From assembly GCA_041483995.1 (NCBI GenBank), contig JBGPGQ010000002.1, positions 1 through 32,359 of the forward strand: a stretch of DNA of 32,359 bases. Reading direction: 5' to 3'. The notes below the pieces were generated by a model, which searched no databases, was not told the DNA's origin, and worked only from the letters and a program-made list of their open reading frames with translations. Positions 26,286 to 32,359 of the stretch are shown piece after piece; within the stretch, counting starts at the first letter, position 1, and the number at the start of each line of letters is the position of its first letter. Origin of the DNA: Bacteroidota bacterium (lineage in GTDB: Bacteria; Bacteroidota; Ignavibacteria; UBA10030; UBA6906). The translations under genes and the position numbers were made by a program.

Positions 26286-29200
26286 CTATTTTGCTGTTGT
26301 AATCAGTACGTCATACACGTTGGGACTATCAGACCTTGTTTTTCCACCACCATTCCACTCACCAGCGCCTTTGTTGACTGTTCTGAATTCCCCAAGTCCA
26401 GACCCGCCGTGGTCATCCTGGCCGCCAGTAAGAACGGTGAATGTCCAGCCACCAGCGGGTTTGCCGAGATAGGCGAGAGGCAGAGCAAAGCTGATCGTTC
26501 CTGTTTCAGTGCTGCCGAGAGGGCTGGCAATATCAGGCGACGTTGGGATGTATGCAGCAATTATCTTCCCGCTCTTATCCTCCAATTGTACCCCGCCTCC
26601 AACCAGTATCAGTTTCTCGTATGCGTTGTGCTCATTGAGCAAGTAGCTGCTGTTTTGAGGAACAAGCTGCGTTCCTGAACCGGCAATGCCATCTTCGTCG
26701 ATGGCAATTGCAACGTAAGTAAGCTGAAAGCCATACTCAGGATGCCAGCCGGGATTTGAAAGCGCTTTGAACCTCAGGGAGAAGTACGCATTCTCGTTAT
26801 CGCAGCGGACGGTAAAGTGTGTGATGTCGAAACAGCCTGGTACAAATGTTGGGTGTTTGGGATAAACGTATGCTCCCGATCCGACATCGTCTCCAACCGG
26901 ATCAGAAGCATCAATCAGAGCCTTGGCATCCGGGTTTGTTCTCTTGATTACCGAGTGGGAAATCAAGGGGTAGTCCGGACCCTTGAGTGCCTTCAGTCTC
27001 GGTTTGATCTTTGGTGTTGCAAAGCTCAGAGGTCCAAGGATCGAGTCGTAGCGAGCCAAAGCCGTTATTACTGGAATTGGATTGGCCTTAATTCTATTAA
27101 CGGAGAGACTTATCATAGTATCTCTCAACTCTATTCGCACCACTGATTTTGCTGGAAGGTGGAAATCTGTAGTGACCACCTCGCCATTATGCGCTCTCAA
27201 CTCGACCCTTGCAGTTCCGCCGATCTTAAGATTCTCGGCGTTGATGGTTACCGTTTGCGGATCGGAGGATTGGTCAACCTCAATGGGAAGGGCTCTTCCA
27301 TTCAGGTTAATGGAGGCATTGACTTTGCCCAATGATTTCGGGAGCATTGGCCGGAGCATAAGATGATGGTTGTACCGTTCCACCCTGATTCCGAGGTAGT
27401 CATCGTAGAAATTACGGACGAACTCTGCGAGGTTCCATGCTTGAGAAAACGTACCTGAAAGAGAAGGCTCGACCTGTCCGGGCCGGGCAATCGCATCGAG
27501 CAGTTCTGACTGTGTCCCAACGGCTCCGCGGTCAAGTATCTGATGAATGGTATTTTCGGTTACTTTGTACGCGAGTTCATGTTTGCCGAAGGCACACAGC
27601 TCAGAAATAACCGGTCCTTGCAGCCATGTCCAAACCGTGCCGTTGTGGTAGGCAGCATCTTTTGGATAATAGGGTTCGTTCTGATGAAAGGGATGGAAGT
27701 TCATGTCTTCCTGCCAGAGTGAAGCCACGCCATATTCATAGGTGAGGTAGCTGACGACAGAATGAAGAACGCGCGCTCTTTGCTCCATGCTCAGCAGGTT
27801 CGAGGTGAATATCTGGTTCGGTCGGATTTGCCGATCGGAAGTGCCATCAGCGTTGAGATGGTCGATGGTTCCATCTGAGTTTAGGAAGAAGCGGTTGAAG
27901 TTATTCCGTAGCTTCTTTCCGCGTTCAGAACAGAATGAGCTGAAGTTCGTATCTTCCACTATGGCTGCGAGCTGCTGTCCCACATGTAATTGTTTGCTCC
28001 ATAATGCCTGGATATCATTTGCCCGGTTCCCACGCGGACTCCATGGCCCATCAGGACCAACGGCGTCCATCCATGTCTCAGCATCACCGTGAACAAGAAA
28101 CCCAAGAGAATCGTTATGATAGCGAATCGTTCCTTGGATAGACCGCTTGATGACCGGATAGATCTCTTGTACAAATGCACTATCTCCTGAACGCTCGATA
28201 TAGTCCAGGGCCATCATGGCAAATCTTGGTGTCCCGTCGGCGGTGTTGTACGCCTTGTCAGTGGTCGTGACAATGTTGGGGATGCGTCCATAGTCGGTTG
28301 AAAGCGAATCGATTTGCTGAAAGGCTGCGAACGAACGGATGATCTGCTTCGCTTCGGTGAATCGACCTTGCACGAGAGTTGCGCCCGGTAGCGAGATGAA
28401 CGTATCCCGTCCCCAATAGTTGTTGAACCATGGCAGTCCCGCGAAGATGCCTTTCGCAACCTGATTCATGATGAGCGCGTCCAGCGAGAGCTTTGCCCAG
28501 GCGAGAGCCTTATCGAAGCGTTTGTTTCCAGTTTCAACTGCTGTTTCACTCAGCAGCTTCTCCATCCGCTCCCTACGTTTATTGAAATATGCTGCCGCGT
28601 TTTCCTGACAGTGTTCTGCAATCTCCTTTGCCTCTTCGCCGTTGTCAGCCACTGCAAAAGAGATCATATGCGACTTGCTTTTGTTAGCACTCAGTATAAC
28701 AGGGGAGGCCTGCCCGTCAGTTTTTGCATCCTTTATATTTGAGAGAAAACCTTCGCCGTGTATAGCAAGCCATACTGGGTAATTGTCACGGTCGGTTCGT
28801 GCCAGATGATTTCGTTGGGCTACCAACGCAGTACCACCACTGATATCAACCTGAAAATCCTCACCATTCCTTCCATCTGTGAAGTAGGGAATGATATCGA
28901 CCTTGACAGGCTTTGGAGAAGAAATAATAACGGCAAACAAGGCAATGCTATCGGCGATACGGAGTTGTTCGATGATTCCGTTGGGATATGTTCGCTCAAG
29001 ATGGTCGGGATAGACGGTTGCTTTGAGAGCGGAACTTCTTTTCAGTTCCACACCATCCACCAGTATAGCGTAGTCGTCGAGAAATTCGTGCCCGAACACG
29101 TTAAAACCTTGCCAGCTTGAGGTGTTGTCGGAATTTGTCTCGCCATAGTAGAAAGCCGTCTCCTTGTTCGTGTACGCAAATTCACGAGATGTGCCGGTAA

Positions 29201-29303
29201 CCTCGATGGCGAGTGAATCGAGAATAGACTGGCTGTTTGTATTTGAGGAAAGGAAGTTAAGCAGCAGGACAAACACCGGGAGAACATGCCGACGCGTAAT
29301 CAT
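26286..29303 (-). CDS. Secreted amylo-alpha-1,6-glucosidase (glycogen-debranching GDE_C-type six-hairpin domain) fused to a C-terminal glucodextranase-C-like module
   Basis: Signal peptide MITRRHVLPVFVLLLNFLSSNTNSQ. GDE_C-like GLPWFNNYWGRDTFISLPGATL and downstream (alpha/alpha)6-type motifs (YHNGTVWTWLQGP). The C-terminal ~235 aa (GSGAYVYPKHPTFVPGCFDITHF...GWHPEYGFQLTYVAIAIDEDG...LTGGQDDHGGSG...EWNGGG) resemble the glucodextranase C-terminal module. Confidence 0.75.
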   Translation of the reverse strand: MITRRHVLPVFVLLLNFLSSNTNSQSILDSLAIEVTGTSREFAYTNKETAFYYGETNSDNTSSWQGFNVFGHEFLDDYAILVDGVELKRSSALKATVYPDHLERTYPNGIIEQLRIADSIALFAVIISSPKPVKVDIIPYFTDGRNGEDFQVDISGGTALVAQRNHLARTDRDNYPVWLAIHGEGFLSNIKDAKTDGQASPVILSANKSKSHMISFAVADNGEEAKEIAEHCQENAAAYFNKRRERMEKLLSETAVETGNKRFDKALAWAKLSLDALIMNQVAKGIFAGLPWFNNYWGRDTFISLPGATLVQGRFTEAKQIIRSFAAFQQIDSLSTDYGRIPNIVTTTDKAYNTADGTPRFAMMALDYIERSGDSAFVQEIYPVIKRSIQGTIRYHNDSLGFLVHGDAETWMDAVGPDGPWSPRGNRANDIQALWSKQLHVGQQLAAIVEDTNFSSFCSERGKKLRNNFNRFFLNSDGTIDHLNADGTSDRQIRPNQIFTSNLLSMEQRARVLHSVVSYLTYEYGVASLWQEDMNFHPFHQNEPYYPKDAAYHNGTVWTWLQGPVISELCAFGKHELAYKVTENTIHQILDRGAVGTQSELLDAIARPGQVEPSLSGTFSQAWNLAEFVRNFYDDYLGIRVERYNHHLMLRPMLPKSLGKVNASINLNGRALPIEVDQSSDPQTVTINAENLKIGGTARVELRAHNGEVVTTDFHLPAKSVVRIELRDTMISLSVNRIKANPIPVITALARYDSILGPLSFATPKIKPRLKALKGPDYPLISHSVIKRTNPDAKALIDASDPVGDDVGSGAYVYPKHPTFVPGCFDITHFTVRCDNENAYFSLRFKALSNPGWHPEYGFQLTYVAIAIDEDGIAGSGTQLVPQNSSYLLNEHNAYEKLILVGGGVQLEDKSGKIIAAYIPTSPDIASPLGSTETGTISFALPLAYLGKPAGGWTFTVLTGGQDDHGGSGLGEFRTVNKGAGEWNGGGKTRSDSPNVYDVLITTAK

Positions 29304-30547
29304 TTCTTTCCCCAGAAGTACACAAGGATGTCACCCAACCGTGACCGCCAGTTGACCCAGTTGTGACTTTCCGGGTATTCGCCGTAAGAGAAATCGTAGC
29401 CTTTTTCTTCTAGCACTTTTTTCATCTTCCGTGCGTGTTCCTGCGCGTCACGAATTGTCCCGGTGTCGATGTAGAACTTGATAGGCATTTTTCGGCTGTC
29501 AGCAAGTAACTTGATGACCGCTTCATCCTTCCACCAATACGATGGCGACTGGGCCGCGCAGAGTCCGAAGACATCCGGACGCGTTGCGGCAGCATACGTT
29601 GCAATGAGTCCCCCGAGCGATGCGCCCATGATAGCGGTGTTTGTTGCATCTTCGAGAAGCCTGTACCTTTTTGAAAGCAATGGCCTCAATTCAGTGATCA
29701 GGAAATTCACAAACGTGTCGCTCAGCGCGTAGTCATGCATGCGCATACTGGTCTGCGCATCCCTGATGTCAGTCCGCGGATCAACAAATATCCCGATGAC
29801 CGGCCGGATGCGTTTCTCGGCGATGAGGTTGTCGAGCACATTGTTCATCAAGGCGAGGCTGAGATATTCGCCGCCGTCAGTGACGTAGATGGAAGGAAGT
29901 TGTTGCCTTGATGTTTCGTATCCCGGAGGCCGGTACACGAAAACGAAATGTGTTCGTCCAAGCAACATACTCTTGACCGAGAGTGTATCGATCGAGCCAT
30001 GAAGAATGTTTTTTCTGAATTCGATCTCCTTCGGCGGGACATATCCCGGCATCCATACTTCGGAGTTTGGTCCATAGCCGCCGAATGCTTGCTGCTTATT
30101 GAAGGGGTCGAGTATCCATGTCGAATCCACCACTAACTTGTATTCAAACCGTGCGTCGCGGTCCACAGTGGTTGCAAGGTAGAAGAGATCGGTTCCGGGC
30201 ATCTTCCGCATCGAATCCGCGGCCGGGTCCCAGCCGTTCAGGTCGCTGGGCACAGCAACGCGTTTGGCTTTTCCCTGGAACAGGAAATAGACAACAGAGT
30301 CTTCAACGACAGCCCGGCCATAGGTTGTTACTTTGGAGACATATTCCTGAACTATTCGTTTCTTTGTCGTGGCGCTCGCAGTGCCATTCACCCGGACAAG
30401 AAAATCCTGAAACCGTTCGCCGATGGCCTCGGTGGAGCTTCTTTGATCCAACGATTGCGTGCGGCCCGACGCCGCAGCTGTGATCATCGATGCAACGCTG
30501 AGATACTTAAACGTTGCCGCTAGTGTCGTCCTTTTGTACTTCTTCAT
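29300..30547 (-). CDS. Esterase-D/enterochelin-esterase-family alpha/beta hydrolase with an N-terminal CBM48/E-set-like module
   Basis: The start was chosen at MKKYKRTTLAA... (30547), which overlaps the upstream stop (ATGA). The track start at 30676 gives a non-signal-like extension inside the upstream gene. E-set-like VVYFLFQGKAKRVAVPSDLNGWD...FEYKLVVDSTWILDPFN. Nucleophile elbow GASLGG. His motif PESHNW. Its stop overlaps the GDE start (ATGA at 29300-29303). Confidence 0.75.
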   Translation of the reverse strand: MKKYKRTTLAATFKYLSVASMITAAASGRTQSLDQRSSTEAIGERFQDFLVRVNGTASATTKKRIVQEYVSKVTTYGRAVVEDSVVYFLFQGKAKRVAVPSDLNGWDPAADSMRKMPGTDLFYLATTVDRDARFEYKLVVDSTWILDPFNKQQAFGGYGPNSEVWMPGYVPPKEIEFRKNILHGSIDTLSVKSMLLGRTHFVFVYRPPGYETSRQQLPSIYVTDGGEYLSLALMNNVLDNLIAEKRIRPVIGIFVDPRTDIRDAQTSMRMHDYALSDTFVNFLITELRPLLSKRYRLLEDATNTAIMGASLGGLIATYAAATRPDVFGLCAAQSPSYWWKDEAVIKLLADSRKMPIKFYIDTGTIRDAQEHARKMKKVLEEKGYDFSYGEYPESHNWVNWRSRLGDILVYFWGKK

Positions 30548-31782
30548 TTTGGTTTGTGTTTTGTTGACGAGAAAAAATATGCAAACACTCCGAATGCCCG
30601 AGCAGCCTCCCCCTGAGCATGTACGGTTCCAACTTCCCCAACGCCATATCCTTCCTCGCCGCCGCGTGGATTCCACCCGTTACGAATGCCGTGGTCGGCC
30701 TGGCGGTGGAGCATGACGTATGCTCTGCCATGATTGTTTGTCCATACATGTTCCAGCGTTGCTTCGATCTTAGGAATGAGATCCTGGAGAGAATCTGGGG
30801 CGGTTTCATACGCATCAAAAAGGAAATGTACAAACGCTCCGTTACCATCCATCCGGAGTTGATAAAAATCCTGAGAGTCTACCCAGCCTGTGGCAGGATC
30901 CATAATATGCCGCGCCGTTGCAACTGCAATTCTCCGGTATTTCTCATCGTGCGTTGCAAAATAAAGAGCGGCTGCCACGGAACAGTATCCGGTTCCTTTC
31001 CAGGGAAGCTCGTTCCCGAATGCTACATGTCCGCTCCCGCCAATCCATATTCCATTTCCTTTGTAGTAGGTCTTTTCGATGCCGGGCGTTTTCGCATCAC
31101 CGTTCCAAGCGAGGAGAGCATCATTGAGATAGCGTCGCTCGCCTGTTGCTTCGTACAACTTGCACGCAGCAGTAACCATCTGGTTCATGTTTGAATTTGT
31201 GAATACCCGCTCATTCACACCGGAGTGATGCGGCCAGTTGTACCAACTCCAGAATCCCTCGTGTGAGGAGAATCTTCCTTCTTTTTTTGCTGCATCGTAT
31301 CTCTGCTTTGCATCCGCGACCAACTCCATGTTTCCTTTACCAGTGAACTTCCACCATGCAAGTTCCGCAAGGCACACCCATGCCCGGTCATCCACCCAGG
31401 TTCCCTCGCACATTGTTCTCAGGTCATGTTCAACCAGGTGAAAACGAAGGAGCGAAGAATCCCCGGTAGCGGCGAACAAGTATGCATCGCCGAGCGCACC
31501 GTACGCGCCTTCCCAGCAGGGAGTGTAGACCTGGTGAAAGAGCGCTGTGACTGCATGGGCGCGACGGAACCATTCATCGGAGGAGAGTGGCAGTGTTGAT
31601 TTCTCCGGCTCGACGGAACGGGAGAGAGGCGGGGATGTTTCTTTGTGTGCTGAAGGTCTTAAAAAAGTGTACATGATGACTGCAACGCAAGCGACAGTAA
31701 TGGCAATAATCGAGGTTTGCCGGGAGTTTGCTTTCTTATGGGCCGGTTCGGACTGTTTGTCGTGTTTACGGTGCTTGGACAT
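30544..31782 (-). CDS. Membrane-anchored GH76-like (alpha/alpha)6 glycoside hydrolase
   Basis: N-terminal basic tail plus a TM helix (SIIAITVACVAVIMYTFL). GH76-style motifs WVDDRAWVCLAELAWWKFTG and NSNMNQMVTAACKLYEATGERRYLNDALLAWNG. The family assignment is by eye only. Confidence 0.5.
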   Translation of the reverse strand: MSKHRKHDKQSEPAHKKANSRQTSIIAITVACVAVIMYTFLRPSAHKETSPPLSRSVEPEKSTLPLSSDEWFRRAHAVTALFHQVYTPCWEGAYGALGDAYLFAATGDSSLLRFHLVEHDLRTMCEGTWVDDRAWVCLAELAWWKFTGKGNMELVADAKQRYDAAKKEGRFSSHEGFWSWYNWPHHSGVNERVFTNSNMNQMVTAACKLYEATGERRYLNDALLAWNGDAKTPGIEKTYYKGNGIWIGGSGHVAFGNELPWKGTGYCSVAAALYFATHDEKYRRIAVATARHIMDPATGWVDSQDFYQLRMDGNGAFVHFLFDAYETAPDSLQDLIPKIEATLEHVWTNNHGRAYVMLHRQADHGIRNGWNPRGGEEGYGVGEVGTVHAQGEAARAFGVFAYFFSSTKHKPK

Positions 31783-31827
31783 TGGTTGTAGCGTTAGTCA
31801 TTCTGAACGAAGTGAAGAATCTGATCG

Positions 31828-32359
31828 TTATTTCCAGGCAACAAAATCCAGAAAGGCATCCAATGCCAGTATATTGAAAACTTGCTTCAAATTCTCGTAG
31901 ACTCCACTCCGACCCGGAACACGATATGAAAGCTGCAACCGTTCCACCCTGGAGAACCCACTCCGCAGGAGAGCGCCTCTCAATGTTGTAGCTGAAAAGA
32001 ATGTCCTGTGGTACAGAGGATGGTTGCCACCTTCCCATTTTGTTTTCGACAACATGAACTTCAGGCTGTGAAGATTGGGCACTTCAATCACGCATATGCC
32101 GCCGTCTTTCAAAAGAGAATGAGTCTGTTCGAGCGCTTCGTATGGATTGGTGAAATGTTCGAGTACATGCCACAGCGTCACTATATCGAACTGTTCGCCT
32201 GAAGCCGCTACATCCTTCAACAAGCGAACTTCTGCGCTTAAACCAAACTCATTTCGGGCGTACGTTACGGCTCGCTCTGATACATCGATGCCGTAGACTC
32301 CGTAACCATGCTCACTTGCTGTCTTGAGGAACTGTCCACGTCCGCAACCAATATCGAGC
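31828..32359 (-). CDS. Class I SAM-dependent methyltransferase (5' end runs beyond the window edge)
   Basis: The reading frame stays open from 32223 to the window end. The reverse strand reads LDIGCGRGQFLKTASEHGYGVYGIDVSERAV... (motif I) and continues ...FDIVTLWHVLEHF...LLKDGGICVIEVPN. Confidence 0.8.
   Translation of the reverse strand, partial: LDIGCGRGQFLKTASEHGYGVYGIDVSERAVTYARNEFGLSAEVRLLKDVAASGEQFDIVTLWHVLEHFTNPYEALEQTHSLLKDGGICVIEVPNLHSLKFMLSKTKWEGGNHPLYHRTFFSATTLRGALLRSGFSRVERLQLSYRVPGRSGVYENLKQVFNILALDAFLDFVAWK

Noticed and set aside
30548-30676. Upstream extension of the esterase ORF (MESTRRRGRIWRWGSW...).
   Set aside because: It overlaps the 3' end of the GH76-like gene and is Arg/Gly/Trp-rich. 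The internal ATG at 30547 overlaps the upstream stop (ATGA) and is followed by a hydrophobic, signal-like segment.
1-32359. Search for CRISPR arrays, tRNA/rRNA genes, IS/transposase or integrase genes, and recognisable defence or toxin-antitoxin modules.
   Set aside because: I saw no regularly spaced repeats of 25-40 nt, no cloverleaf-like or rRNA-like segments, and no DDE, tyrosine- or serine-recombinase, nuclease/helicase or small paired-ORF signatures in any of the listed ORFs. Inspection by eye cannot exclude small ncRNAs.

Overview
The window holds about 21 long, tightly packed protein-coding genes. I found no rRNA, tRNA, CRISPR array, transposase or integrase by eye. Three proteins end in type IX secretion (T9SS) C-terminal sorting domains and one gene encodes a PorV/PorQ-like outer-membrane barrel. 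This points to an FCB-superphylum organism, possibly Ignavibacteriae- or Kapabacteria-like; that taxonomic guess is inference only.

Content from left to right:
1. The tail of an upstream ORF, then a 1264-aa calcium-repeat T9SS cargo and a PorV/PorQ-like barrel.
2. A T9SS-sorted protein built from CBM-like modules, with a recent internal tandem duplication, followed by a strong hairpin terminator.
3. Two translationally coupled paralogous genes for membrane-anchored SGNH-hydrolase/TPR proteins of unknown function.
4. A seven-gene, roughly 12-kb starch/maltodextrin operon: a periplasmic GH13, a T9SS-sorted GH13, a GH57 carrying CBM48 and CBM20, a GlgE/maltosyltransferase-like GH13, and MalE/F/G-like ABC importer components.
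5. A convergent Ada methyltransferase/regulator, a lipoprotein, and a thymidylate-kinase-like protein with a degenerate P-loop.
6. A second glucan operon: a GH76-like protein, a CBM48-like esterase, and a secreted amylo-1,6-glucosidase with a glucodextranase-C module.
7. A partial SAM-dependent methyltransferase.

I see no recognisable defence, toxin-antitoxin or mobile system. The least-explained content is the cargo/PorV-like pair, the SGNH-TPR paralog pair, the GlgE-like enzyme with non-canonical catalytic motifs, and the P-loop-degenerate TMK-like protein. All functional calls rest on motif recognition by eye, not on database searches.
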